Shown here: piece by piece, positions 11,955 through 25,243 of the stretch | How the letters are laid out: each line of letters opens with the position of its first letter | Position numbering within the stretch: the stretch's first letter is position 1 | Notes under the pieces: generated by a model | The model's input: only the letters and a program-made list of their open reading frames with translations | The model's database searches: none | What the model was told of the DNA's origin: nothing | Source: Isurus oxyrinchus | Taxonomy: Eukaryota | Reading direction: 5' to 3' | Length of the DNA stretch: 64,000 nt | NCBI GenBank assembly: GCA_026770705.1 | Contig: JANJGN010000150.1 | Coordinates: forward strand, 620,001 to 684,000 | Made by a program: the position numbers and the translations under genes

Positions 11955-12645
11955 TCAGTACTGAGGGTGTGCTGCACTGTGGGAGGGTCAGTACTGAGGG
12001 AGTGCTGCACTGTCAGAGAGTCAGTGCTGAGGGAGTACTGCACCATCAGAGATTCAGTACTGAGGGAGTGCTGAACTGTCAGAGGGTCAGTACTGAGGGA
12101 GTGCTGTACTGTCGGTGGGTAAGTACTGAGGGAGTGCTGCACTGTCAGAGAGTCAGTAAGGAGGGAGTGCTGCACTGTCAGAGGTTCAGTACATAGGGAC
12201 TGCTGCACTGTCTGATGGTCAGTACAGAGGGGTTGTTGCACTGTCGGAGGGTCAGAAATGAGGATGTGCTGCACTCTCAGAAGGTCAGTACTGAGGGGGT
12301 GCTGCACTGTCGAAGAGTCATTACTGAGGGGGTGCTGCACTGTGGGAGGGTCAGTACTGAGGGAGCACTGCACTGTTGAAGGGTCAGTACTGAGGGAGTG
12401 CTGCACTGTCGAAGGGTCAGTACTGAGGGAGTGCTGCACTGTTAGAGGGTCAGTACAGAGGGAGTGCTGCACTGTCAGAGGGTCAGTACTGAGGGAGCAC
12501 TGCACTGTTGAAGGGTCAGTACTGAGGGAGTGCTGCACTGTCAAAGGGTCAGTACTGAGGGAGTGCTGCACTGTCAGAGGATCAGTACTGAGGGAGTGCT
12601 GCAGTGTTGGAGAGTCAGTATTCAAGGACTGCTGCAGTGTCAGAG
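11955..12645. repeat. 33-bp minisatellite (CAGTACTGAGGGAGTGCTGCACTGTCAGAGGGT)n
   Basis: Tandem units. Other arrays at 1-100, 25635-25815, 28620-28900 and 61380-61660. Confidence 0.95.
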
Positions 12646-12765
12646 GCGGATTTGTATCAGTTAAAGACTATTGATTTGTTGCTAAACACAATGCAGTTGT
12701 GGGATCTTGCAGTGTACTATGAAGAGCATTCTAGCTAACGTAGATGGAAGGGTGTCCGTTCTTAC

Positions 12766-13062
12766 CTTGCACAGTTAGTATGAGGGTCCGCTCCGATGAA
12801 ACAGATGGATATCTCACTCTGCAGCTGAGAGTGTGTCCGTGGTGTTTGAGTGATGGGATCAGGGTCAGAACAGAAGTATAGGTCAGAGTGACACCATGCT
12901 GAGTTACAGTGTTTGAGACTGATCCAGGTACGTCAGTGGGAGTGTCCCAGGTTAAGACAGGTGCTGCTGTTCCATTGCACGTTGTGTTGAAGGTGCAGCT
13001 TACATCCACACGCTTTCCTGCAATAATTTCAGCAGGGAATATCGTGGGTTTATCTGTGAAAT
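12766..13062 (-). CDS. Gene A Siglec domain-2 type C Ig exon
   Basis: 297 nt, phase 1-1. DFTDKPTIFP...VSCTFNTTCNGTAAPVLTW...LSCRVRY, including the extra BC-loop Cys typical of Siglec domain 2. Confidence 0.92.
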
Positions 13063-13433
13063 CTAACAGACAGGGAATGGATCCTTTTAGAGAAATATAA
13101 TGTGAAGCATCAGTTCAAATAGAAACCACAGTCCCATAACAGAAAGCACTTTTACAAGGATGATATCAGAACTGAGATGTTTTAACGATCCTGATAGACT
13201 GTTAGACACGATTCGAGAGATCGATGGGAGTGGAATACATTTAATCATTGATATTAAAGTGAGTTTTAAATGTTGCTTTAGGACTGAACTGGAAGCTATC
13301 ACCAGGTTATTGAGAATCAGACAGTGTGTTATAATAAGCTGTGTTTTGTGTTAATATGTAAACGTCACAGTTTGTGTTATTTCCCATTGAGTGTTGAATG
13401 TGAATTGTTGAGTAATTATAACACAGCACTTAC

Positions 13434-13802
13434 CAGAAACGTGAAGCTGGGTTACAGGGTAATAGTTATGTCTCGGACCATTGTCAAATTCTATTCTGAA
13501 AAAATAAGGTCCTGCATCTTCCCGTCTGATGTTGTTTATAATCAGGGAACAGTCGCCATCTTTCAGGTCTCCAGACAGCCGGGTCCGATGGTGGAACCGT
13601 GGTAACTCGTGACTGTGATCCTTGGAGTGAAAGGCTATGGGAGCCCAGGGAATCTGTTTCTCATTATTAAACCAGACTCCACCTCGCGGTTGGTTTTCCA
13701 GACACAATGGATAACTGTAATGACATGGAATCTGTACACACGAACCTTCCTGAGCTGTCACCTCTCGTGGAGTGTCACCTTTCCACTCTTGTGAGGGTTC
13801 AG
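13434..13802 (-). CDS. Gene A Siglec-type V-set Ig exon V2
   Basis: 369 nt, phase 1-1, starts AEPSQEW, YFFR Arg retained, extra Cys in YPLC. Confidence 0.92.
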
Positions 13803-15460
13803 CTGGGGAGAGAAATCTCAATATTTATCTCTGGATGGTTTGTGGATCCACTGAAGCCGATATTTACAGATGAGGCTGAATTGGGGGGATGGTCAATACT
13901 GAGGAGGACTGCAACAAATTGCAGGATGATATACATTCTGATGAAGAATCATACGGACTCGAAACATTAACTCTGTCTTCCTCTCCACAGATACTGTCAG
14001 ACCTGCTGAGATTTTTCCTGCAATTTTTGTTTTAGTTACAGATTTCCAACAGCTGCAGAATTTTGCTTTTACATTACAGAAATATATTAATAAACTTGCA
14101 GAATGGGCAGGTCATTGACAAATGAGTTTCTACGTTAATAAATGTGAGGCATTACATTTTGTTCAGGAAAATGAGGAGCTTGTATCTTACCTCGAAAATA
14201 AGAATCTAATTGGGGTAGAGGAACAACGTGATCTGGGCCGGAAATACAGGAATCAGTAAATGTGGGGACACAGGTTAACAAGGGAATTAAACAATCAAAC
14301 TAAACACTCGAGATTATTTCTCCAGGGATTGAATTGAAAAGTAGAGAAGTGATGTGAAACTTGTCCTGAACCTGGTCTGTCTGCACCTGGAGTCACGTGT
14401 GCAGTTCTGGTCCCCATATTGTAAAAAGGATATGGAGACACTGGAGAGGGTGGTAAAAAGCTTCACAAGGATGATCTCAGCAATGTGAGGCTTTACCTAT
14501 CAGGAGAGGATGAACAGGCTGGGTCTCTGTTCTCTTGAACAGAGAAGGTTGAGGGGGTGACCTCATTTGGCCTTTGAAGTAATGAAAGGTTTTGATCGAG
14601 TAGACATGGAGAGAGTGTTTCCACTCCTCACAATGAACAAAACCAGAGGCTGACAATATAACATCCTCACTAATAAATCCAATGGGGAATTCAGAAGAAA
14701 ATTATTTTCCCAGAGACTGGGGAGAATGTGTACTTAAAGAATCACTTCATTGGCTGTGAATCAGTTTAGGATCGTCCTGAGGTGGTGAAAGGCGCTATGG
14801 AAATGTGAGACTTGCTTTTGTATTTTGAAAGCAGGTTTCCAAGATTGAGATGGGAACTGAGAGGTAACAACAATCAGCAGCAACTTTCCTATTTTCAAAC
14901 TTGGTGGGGAATGTGTCACTGAGCTGAATACACTTTCACTCCCAGACCCTTGAATTGCCAACACTGGGGTGTGGGTGATGGAGCAGCCCACAGCTCATGG
15001 AACCCTGGCTCATCATTCTCTCAGAGATCTGGGTCACTGATCCCATTGCTCTCTGTGGGATCTTCCTGTGCACAAACTCACTGCCACGTTAGACAGTGAC
15101 TATACTTCAAGAATTTCTTCATTTTCTGTGAAGTGATTTGGTACGTGGTGAAAGGTGCTATAGAAATGCAAGTCTTTACTTTGTCGATTTGCCAGACTTT
15201 TAAATAGGGATTAGAGAGTTCTATGTGAGTGGATAACCTGATAACATTGATGGACACAGTCAACACATTTAACCATTGATATTAAAGTGAGTATTAGACG
15301 TTGCTTTAGGACTGAATTGGAAGCTATCACCAGGTTATTGAGATCAGACAGTGTGTTATAATAAGCTGTGTTTTGTGTTAATATGTAAACGTCACAGTTT
15401 GTGTTATTTCCCACTGAGTGTTGAATGTGAATTGTTGAGTAATTATAACACAGCACTTAC

Positions 15461-15829
15461 CAGAAACGTGAAGCTGGGTTACAGGGTAATAGTTATGTCT
15501 CGGACCATTGTCAAATTCTATTCTGAAAAAATAAGGTCCTGCATCTTCCCGTCTGATGTTGTTTATAATCAGGGAACAGTCGCCATCTTTCAGGTCTCCA
15601 GACAGCCGGGTCCGATGGTGGAACCGTGGTAACTCGTGACTGTGATCCTTGGAGTGAAAGGCAATGGGAGCCCAGGGAATCAGTTTCTCATTATTAAACC
15701 AGACTCCACCTCGTGGTTGGCTTTCCAAATGTGCTGGATAACTGTAATGACATGGAATCTGTACACACGAACCTTCCTGCGCTGTCACCTCTCGTGGAGT
15801 GTCACCTTTCCACTCTTGTGACAGTCCAA
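15461..15829 (-). CDS. Gene A Siglec-type V-set Ig exon V1
   Basis: 369 nt, phase 1-1, AG/GT intact. Motifs GSCVQIPC, W, DCSLIINNIRREDAGPYFFR: Siglec-type B-E cysteines and the F-strand Arg. Confidence 0.92.
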
Positions 15830-18800
15830 CTGGGGAGAGAAATATCAATATTTAACTCTGGATGTTTTTTTGATCCATAATTCTTGATATCCACTCCCTC
15901 CATCACTGGGGCACAGTGGCTGCAGTTTGGACCATCTACAGGACACACAAGTAACTCCCCAAGGTTTCACAATGGATCGATGAGAGTCCTGGACACAGGA
16001 GTGGACAAGTTCATTCTACCTTGGCTCATGGTCCTCAGGACTCTATTTAGTTTTTTCAAATTATTCATTCATGGGATTTATTACCCATCCCATGTCCATC
16101 AGAGGCATTTAATAGTCAACCACATTGCGGTGGGATTGGAGTGATATGTAGGCCACACTGGGTAAGGGTGGCAGATTTCCTTCCCTGAAGGTGATCAGTG
16201 AACCAGGCTTTTTAATCCCATTCATCTGCCATGATGGAATTCACACCCAGGGCCCCAGAGCATCACCCTGGGCCTCTGGAATACTAGCCCAGTGACAATA
16301 CCTCTCTGCTACCGCTTCCCCTTAGTGAAGCCAGTCTTCTACCCAACACAGTGTCTACAAGACGCACTATTTGAGATCCATTCAATGCTGATTTACAAGA
16401 CAGGACAATGGATTAGGAGCCCTCAGAACTCCCCCCATTATCACCGTCATGAATCACTAATTAGCCTAACATTCCTGTCTGCTCTTCAACACAGCTGATT
16501 GAATCAGATTAGCCAATCTGATTGGTGTTCATTCCCTCTTCAACTTTTAAGGAATCACCAATCACTCGGCCTCTAGTTATTCCCCTGCCCACAAGAGGGA
16601 ACATTCTCTGTCTACCCAGTCAACCAAAACATTTCATCTAATCCTAGTGGTGCTTGAGTATATAGTCGGGAATCCAGGGCAATGGAGCCTCAGGAGAAGA
16701 GATGGAAACGCTGTGAGGTGGAATGTCACTGAGGCCATCCGAGTTGAAGCGACTTTTGGAGAGAATTCCAAGGCAAGATCTTCGAAGTTGAAGATTGGAA
16801 TCCCTCATGAGAGAAACAGAGTTTCAGTGAGATTGGTTGACTGACAGTGTTCACTGATGTCCGGGTGGGTTGTTGTGAAATCCATGGGATCTGTCTTGGT
16901 CGCGTTTACAATTTAATGAATAATGTGGCTGTGAGACCACAGTTTGTCTGTTAATTCACATGAGCTAATGTTAATCCAGAATGTTAGGGTATAAGGTGGA
17001 TATTGTGAATTATTTTATCTTTCTGAGCTGGTGCAGTCAAGTTTATTTTTGTTTGTTTAAAATCCATGGAATTTTGTAGCTTTATTCTCTTCGCAAGTGT
17101 CTTAAATCTCAAACCTCTTCTACTTGAAACAAAATATTATTGGTTCCTAACTATAAATTTTCAAAAAAATTGGGTGTCTGTTCCTCCATCAGCAACTCTT
17201 CAGAATCCTGCTGAAGTCACGGATATTTCAGAAGGACAGGGAACAAGAAGTTTCTGGTATCAGCGTTTTGTGTGGGGCCCAGTTCAGTTTGAACAAATAA
17301 ACAACACCATCTTTGAAAGTCATGAACCCACCGCAGCGGCACCTCCGACACATGCAGAGCTCAGGCGAGAGGCGCTTTGTTAGTGTGTTTCACAGTGTCT
17401 GCTGGAGTAGGGTCAGTGCTGAGAGGGTCTGCTCAAGGATCATAACAACCTGCACTTGCACCTTCCAAGTAATAAGATTTTGTAAATGTATTCATTCATG
17501 GGATGTGGGCGTCGCTGCCAAGGCCAGCATTTGCTGCCCATCTCTAATGTCCCGTGACATAATCTCTGTAGCAGAGTAGAGACAATCATGATCACTCAGG
17601 ATATTTGACATCTATCCACATGAGCAGCTTTACCTTCCTTCTCTCTTTCAGTTATCTTACTCCCTTATTGAAGTTTCTAGCATGGTGAGAACTGGATGGT
17701 TTGCTCGGACATTTCAGAGGAACCACGTTGCTATGAGTCTGGAGTCACATGTAGGCCAGACCAGATATAGACGGCAGATTTCCTTCCCTAAAGGCCATTA
17801 GTGAACCAGATGGGTGTGTATGACAATCGATGATAGTTTCATGGTCTCCATTACTGAGACTAACTCCCATTAGTGTAAACAGAGTGAACAGTTTTCCATT
17901 GATCCCACCTTTCCCGTTCTCTCCGGTATTTTACACACTATTGCTCGATAATTTGATTCTGCCAAGGACCCCTTGGAAAATTATGGACACCAATTAGACA
18001 ACCGATGGAATAAGGAATCTCGTTGGATCCTCATTGTCTGAGGAATCTCTATGCATTCTCATTGTCTAAGGAATCTCTTTGGATCCTCATTGTCAAAGGG
18101 ATTATTTCTGATCCAAACCCCATATTGTTGTATTGTTGATTCCGATGCAGCATTGTAGACTGACTTGTCCCCAAGCTCAGCACTGACCCTACTCCAGCAG
18201 ACCCTGTGAAACACACTAACAAAGTGCCTCTAGCCTGAGCTCTGCATGAGTCGGAGGTGCCACTGTGGTGGGTTCATGACTTTCAAAGATGGTGTTGTCA
18301 TTTTTTTTGTTCCAACTGAACTGGGCCCCACATGAAGTGTTGATACCAAAGACCTTGTGTTCCCTGTCCTTCTGAAACATCTGTGATTCAGCAGGATTCT
18401 GAAGATTTGCTGATAAGGGTCTTAAATTGTCTGATTGTTGATTGATACAACACAGGAGGAGCTCATGTGACCCATCGTGCATGTGCTGATTCTTTCCCAA
18501 TTCCTCTCCAACACCTTTCGCACATTCCTGCAAATTTCCCTTCAAGTATTTATCCAGTTCCCCTTCTGAAAGTTCCTGTTGAATCTGCTTCCACCGCTCT
18601 TTCAGGCAGTGAGGCAATGGTCTCTCTCTGAGCTGCAAAGTGCCCAGATTCCGTGAAATTTAAACTATGCAGCAGATCAGAGACACTCATGATAACTAAG
18701 AATATTTGTCACCTTTACACACAGACAGCTTTACCTTTCTTCTCTCTTTCAGTTATCTTGCTCTCTTATTGAAGTATCTAGCAAGGTGAGAATGGACAGG

Positions 18801-19286
18801 AAGTGTGACACTGAACAGCCTGTCTATTCTAGGAGCTGCTGTGCTGTCTTCATGGGCAATTTTGAATAAAGGCAGCAAAGGATACAAATTTCAGGCCATT
18901 GCTATCGGAGACCTAACATTAGGATAGACTTCATCCCCCAGTTTTTATCCGTGCTTCTCGACTCAACCCATCACTCCCCATCGCTCACTGACCAACGTCC
19001 GATAGCACCTGGATTTTAAGATTCTGCTCTCGCTGCTACAACCCTGCCTATCCCTGTAAACTCCTCCAGCCCCTACAACCCTGCAAGACCACTGGTCTCC
19101 TCCAATTCTGCTGTCAGACAGGGAGTCAGTGTATATCAGTGAGCACAGGGGTGATGGGTGAATGGGACTTGGTGTGAGTTTGTACACTGGCACACTGCTG
19201 AATCAGTTCCCTATCAGAGCTCAATAAGAATGATCTTTTACAAAGACTATTAACCATAAATCTGTCTGAGCTGACAATGGTATTAC

Positions 19287-19326
19287 CTTGGAGAAGTGAC
19301 AGGAGGAAGTAAGATTTCCCGATCAT
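19287..19326 (-). CDS. Gene A signal-peptide exon (coding part; exon acceptor at 19368)
   Basis: ATG at 19326, MIGKSYFLLSLLQ, phase-1 donor CAAG|GTAATA. Identical peptide in genes B and C. Joins V1 as ...LLQVGLSQEW. Confidence 0.85.
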
Positions 19327-19776
19327 TGTCCACTCCCAGATATTTCCTCAGCTTCTAACTCTGAAGTTCTGAAAGAGAAAGGAGTTAATGAGACTTCACC
19401 TCTTGTCCGACAGCTCTCGAGAGATCAGAACTGCTTTTAGACAATATCTTCACAGACAAATTTGATTCTCTGTGGGATGATAGGTGCTCTGCAGAGAGTT
19501 ACAAGGCTTTAAGAAAGAAAAACACTGAAGGACTTGCATTTCTATAGCACCTTTCACCACCTCAGGACACCCCAAAGCTCATGTCCCTGCTCTTCTCTCA
19601 TCCCTTGAGCTAGAAAGATGTTCTGTACAACAGACTTGAGCCTCACACCCAGATCTCAATAATCAGTAGAAATCTTTCAAAGGCATCAATCATTGGAATC
19701 TGTCTTTATAAAGTCACAACATCAACAAAGGACGGTGTTGGTGGTGGAAGTGAATTCCAATCGTTCCGTTACTTAC

Positions 19777-19861
19777 CCAGGACCTGTCCGACTGCTCGCC
19801 TGGGGAGGAACTGCCCACACGCTCTGCTTGGGCTGAATGACCTCTTCCTGTGCTGATCCAT
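19777..19861 (-). other. Copy of the 85-nt cytoplasmic exon upstream of the gene A leader; possible 5' UTR exon
   Basis: Near-identical to 8024-8108 including flanks. GTAAGT donor intact, about 410 nt from the leader-exon acceptor. Confidence 0.5.
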
Positions 19862-20039
19862 CTGTGTATTTAATTAGAAAGGATTGATGTGTCTCTGTGA
19901 GACAAAATGAGGAAGTTGGAACAAAGTGAGTGAACAGCACTTTGCTGTGCACTGTCAGTAAACCCTGTGTCTGTATAAGAATATAAGAACAGAACAAGTA
20001 GGATCAGCTGGACACCCTGACATTTTCACTCCTTATATT

Positions 20040-22900
20040 CCATCCACTCATTTTTTTATCCACTCACTGAAACTATTTATCTCCCTCTGCAGCCTCTTTG
20101 TGTCCTCCTCACAACTTGCTTTCCTGCCCAGCTTATATATTTCCTACCTATCTTCACCATACAGTCAGAAAATCTGCCGACAGTACAGTCAGTCCCTTCA
20201 TCCAAGTCACTAATGTAGATTGTGAATAGTTGAGGCCTCAGCACTGATCCCTGTGGCTCTCGACTAGTTACAGTTTACCAAGCTGAAAATCACCCATTTA
20301 TCCTGGCTCTCTGTTTCCTGTCAGTTAGCCAGTCCTCTATCCAAATTAATATATCCCCCCCGACACCATCCAATTTCACCCTGTGCAGTATCCTTTGATG
20401 TGGCTCCTTATCGAATGCCTTTTGGAAATCCAATGTCACGAAGAGATATTTGTGTGTAAAATGTGCTTGGAAATTATTAATAAAATAGAATTCTAGTGGT
20501 GGTCCATGTATAGGTGTGTGTCTGGGTGTGTCTTAATTGGATTAAAGCCAACTGGTCTGTGTGTTTTGATGTTTAATAGTTTTGAGATGTTAATTGGGTG
20601 AATTGTGAGGAGAACAGTAAATTGTTCATTTGCAATTGTTGAATAAACCATTCCAGACAGGGGGTAAAATCTTGCACCTAGTTAGAAGGAGCCAAAAGAT
20701 GTGTTTTTTCTTGAACTTACTAATGAAATTGGTGCTATGAAAGGGGGTTTTATTGTTCGAAGAGGTGGAGTTCAGAAGACCGAGTGATACAATGGAAAAT
20801 TTACATTCAAAGGGAAAGCTAGCTATATAAAGGAAGGAGTTTGTGTGTGTGAGGCAGGAGCATTTCAGACCTAACCAGCCTGTAGCCTCCAACCAACTTG
20901 CAAAGGAACCTCATTCGGAATCCGTAATGTCAAATGTGCTTTGCCTGGTGTTTATATTATGTCAATGGTTCATTGTTGCCTTAGTAGAGATTTACGTGGG
21001 GGTGATTAATTGGGGGATTTGTTAAAAAGTTATTATAGTAGTTATTTGTAGCCAATGTGTATGTGTTAAATTAATAAATGGTTTATTTAATTTTATATAA
21101 AAAACCCTCAATCCTCGGTCGTCTTATTCCTACTGAATTCAAAGTCTTCATCTCGAAATTACAAACAGCAAAATTGCGTTACGACAGTTGTTTCAATTTT
21201 CCCTCTGGGATTTGAACAACTCAGCCTTTACCCTTGGCTGTGTCATAGTCCCTAATACACCACATCTACAGGTTCCACTTTATCCAATCCACTTGTTACA
21301 TCCTCGAGGAAATCTAATTATTTTTTCAAACATGATATCCCTTTCACAAACCCATGTTGACTCTGTCTGATTGAATTATGGTTTTCTAAACGTCCTGCTG
21401 CTCCCTCCTTCATAATGAATTCTGGTATTTTCCCATTGACAGATGTTAGACTAACTGACCTGTAGTTTCTTGCTTTCTGCCTCCTCCCTTTATTGAACAG
21501 AGATGTTTTATTTATGTTTTTCCAATCCGCTGGGACCTTCCCATAATCTAAGGAATTCTGGAAGATTACAACCAATGCATCCACCGTCTCTGCAGCCATT
21601 TCCTTTCAGACCCTCACATTCAGGCCGTCTGCTCCATGGGACTTGTCAGCATCTGTCTCATTAGTTTTCTTAATACTTTTTCTCTGGTGATAGTGATTGT
21701 TTTATGTTCCTCCCTCCTTGTTGCACCGTGACTTTCTCCTGCTATTGGGATGGTTTTAGAGATTTTTACTGTGAAGACAGACACAAAATTCTTGTTGACA
21801 GTCTCTGTCATTTCCTTGTTTCCCATTATTAATTCCCCAGTCTGATTTTCTCTGTGTCCCATTATTACTGGAGCTTCTCTCTTATTTTAATGTACAACAT
21901 CTCACAGACATTGTTTATGGTTCTTGCTAGTTTACTCTCATATCATCATTTCTGCCTCCTTATATTTCTTCCCTCACTTTTCTGGTTTCTCAAATATTCC
22001 CAATCTCCAGCCTATCACTCAGCATCCCAACATTGCCGGCTTTATCTCACAATTGGATACCGTCCTTAGCTTCCTGAGTTAGCCGCCGATGCTCCATCCT
22101 TCTTATAGATTCTTTCTTTCTTACTGGAAAATATCTTCATTGGCATTTATGAAAGATCTCTTTAGACGCCTGTTGCTCCGCATCTACCCACCCCCCCTTT
22201 AACCTGCTGTCCCACCCTACTTGGGCCGACTCTACTTTTAACCCTTGTAATTGCCTTTAGTTAAGTTTATGACACTAGCTTCAGAACCAAGTTTCTAAAT
22301 TGAATATTAAATTTCAACACCGTACGATTACTCTTCCCTTGAGGGTCCTTTACAATGAGATGTTAATTAGTCTTGTCTCATTAAACATTGCCAGGACTAA
22401 AACAGCCTCTTCCCTGGTTGGTTCCATGTTGGATTGTTCTAAAATACTGTCCTGAATACAATCTGTGAAAGCTACATTTGCTAATCTGATTTGTCTAATC
22501 CATATGACGATTGAAAACTCCCATGATTATTGTGGTGCCATTCGCACAGACCTCCGCATGTATTGATTTATAATCTACCCCTGCAGTGTAACTTCTGTCA
22601 GGGTGGAGTAAAACCAACCCATCAGAGATTTCTTTCCCTTGCAATTTCTTATATTCACCCAAACTGATTGTGCATCTTGACATTTGAGCCAAGATCATTT
22701 CTCACTACTTTACAGGTCTCATCTTTTATTAAGAGAGCGACCCCACCTCCTTTTCATTTTTCCTATCCTTTCAAAGATTCCAAATATCCTTCAATTTTCA
22801 ATTCCCAACCTTGGTCACCTTGCAACCAACTCTCTGCAGTGTCCATCTTATCGTACCCATTAATCTCTATTTGTGCTATGACTTCATTCATTTTGTTCCA
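20040..22900 (-). mobile_element. Degenerate CR1 LINE ORF2 interrupted by a solo LTR
   Basis: Peptides IFQNSLDYGKVPADWK, RNYRSVSLTSV.GK and SQHGFVKG, with many stops and frameshifts. Confidence 0.85.
20434..21248 (+). mobile_element. Probable solo LTR inserted in CR1
   Basis: Starts TGTCACG, splits the CR1 LDFQKAFD-coding region, and resembles the 25944-26701 family. Confidence 0.6.
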
Positions 22901-25243
22901 AATTTATGTTTTATATATTCATTCTTCCATGGGAAGTGGGCATCACTGGCTAGGCCAGCATTTATGGCCCATCCCTAATTACCTTGAGAAGGTGGTGGTG
23001 AGCTGCCTTCCTGAACCTCTGCACTCCATGTGGTGTAGGTACACCCACAATGCAGTTAGAGAAGGAAGTCCAAGATTTTGACCAAGTGGCAGTGAAGGGA
23101 CGGCGATATATTTCAAAATCAGGATGATGTGTGGCTTGGAGGCGAACTTCCAGGTGGTGGTGTTCCCCTATGCCTGCTGCCCTTGTCCTTCTCAATGGTA
23201 GAGATCGTGGGATTGGAAGGTGCTGTTGAAGGAACCTTGCTGAGTTGCTGAAGGTCATGTTGTAGATGGGACACACTGCTGCCACTGTGCATTGACGATG
23301 GAGGGAGTGAGTGTTGCTGTGGTTGAGGGGGAGCCAATCAAGCGGGGCTGCTTTGTCCAGGGTGGTGTCGAGCTTTTGAGTGTTGTTGGAGCTGCACTCA
23401 TCCGGGCAAGTGGAGAGTATTCCATTCACACTCCTGCCTTGTGCTATGTTGATGATGGACAGGATTTGAGGAGTCAGGAGGTGAGTTACTCACCGCAGGA
23501 TTCCCAGCCTCTGAGCTGCTCTTGTAGCCACAATGTTTATGTGGCTGACCCAGTTCAGATTCTCGTCAATGGTAACCCCCAGGCTGTTGATATTCGGGGA
23601 TTCAGTGATGGTGCTGCCATTGAATGTCAAGGGGAGATGGTTAGATTCTCTCTTGTGTGCATTCAGATTAAGAACCTTTCTGTCTTTTCCCCATTTCCCC
23701 TACTCTGACCTTATTTGCTGGGACACTGGTTGATGCTGGTTTCAGTCTCAGTTTGTCTCAGTTGGTCACACTCTGGCCTCTGTCTCGAGACTAATGTTCC
23801 CTCTTGGTAGTGACAGTGATGGGGGTGTTGGGGAGGGTGTGGATATTGACCCCACTGCTCCCCCTCCCCCACTCCACCATTCTATCCTGGGATACCTGCC
23901 AGGATCCTTGTTCCAGCTGCAATGGGCAGCCCTTCCACACTTTCCTGTGGGCCCCGCACTTCATGTGTAAAAGCGCTAAGTTAGAGCAGGGATGGAGAAA
24001 TAAACAGAGGGCATGGGATGAGTGTGGGGGTCTCACAGCCAGAACTGATCCTGCCCTCAACTCTGTGGAAGGGGGGAGGTTTCACCAGCTCTCTGTCTTA
24101 ACAGCATCGTAACCACAGTGTGAAGATTGTCCCCATTCCCTGTATCTTAATAATATTGTAAAGACATCTGGGAGATAGCCTGCAGTCTCTGAAAAAGAAT
24201 TTGGTGTGTTTGCAGCACCACCACTGGCAAGAGAGTGTAAGTACAGTGTGACATGTTTACATGAGAAATTTTCATGATAAATGTGCACACAGGAATTTAC
24301 ATAATTTGTTGGGGAAATGCAATGACATGAATTAACAGATTGGAGCAGGAAGGTTGTCCCAGAGTAAGCTGTTTAATAAAAATATATCTGTACAGAGTTG
24401 TCTGGGCATTTCAATCCCTTGTGACAATAAATGTAATATTATAGAAAATGCAAAAGCTTCTTGTAATCTATCACAGAATAAACAAGTTGCAGAATTCAGA
24501 AAGCACATTCTGAAATGTTAACAAAATTCAGTGACGTCACATTTCTGCTAATTACTATTCGGCCATGTTGGCTGCACGCAGTCAGGCAGTCCCTCGGTTG
24601 TGAGGTGTCCACACAGCAGGACAGGGATGCATCAGCATCAAAGGACATGCTTAGTTGTTGCCGTGCAATGCATTTATTGCGAGCCTGTTGCACACACGCC
24701 CTGTCAAAGGAGCCTCCTTGGTTCCATTCTGAATCGAGGCAGGTCCAAGATACTACAACAACTTGCATTAACATAGCACCTTTAATGTAGCAAACTGTGC
24801 CAAAACTCTTTAGGGGATTGCTAACCACATATAAATCCATCTCTGAGACTCATAATGAGATATTAGGGACAGGTGACAAAAAGCTGAGTTAACAAAGCCA
24901 GTTAATAAGGACCATGTTAAATGAGGAGAGAGAGAGAGCGATAGACAGAGAAGCAGAGGGAGAGAGACAGGGAGAGAGAGAGAGCGATAGACAGAGAAGC
25001 AGAGTGAGAGAGACACAGAGAGAGATAGAGAGACAGGGACAGAGAGAGAGACACTGAATCTCTGTCCCCAATGACTCAGCATCAATTCGTTACTGGGGAA
25101 ACATCACCAACCACAGACCCATTCAGTCCCTTCCTCCCTCTCTCCCCCTCTCCCCCAGTGGGTTGCCTCATGTTCCAAGGAATCATAATCCCTGGCCACA
25201 CCCACAAACCTCCTCACCCCCTCTCCCCATTTCACACTCAATT

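Noticed and set aside
13324-13605. Conserved antisense ORFs (MCYNKLCFVL...) opposite the V exons
   Set aside because: Shadow ORFs, conserved only because of recent duplication.
13434-15829. Multiple V exons as rearranging Ig/TCR/IgNAR segments
   Set aside because: Each V exon includes its own G strand and ends in a splice donor. I saw no RSS heptamer-nonamer and no J segments, and the Cys pattern is Siglec-type.
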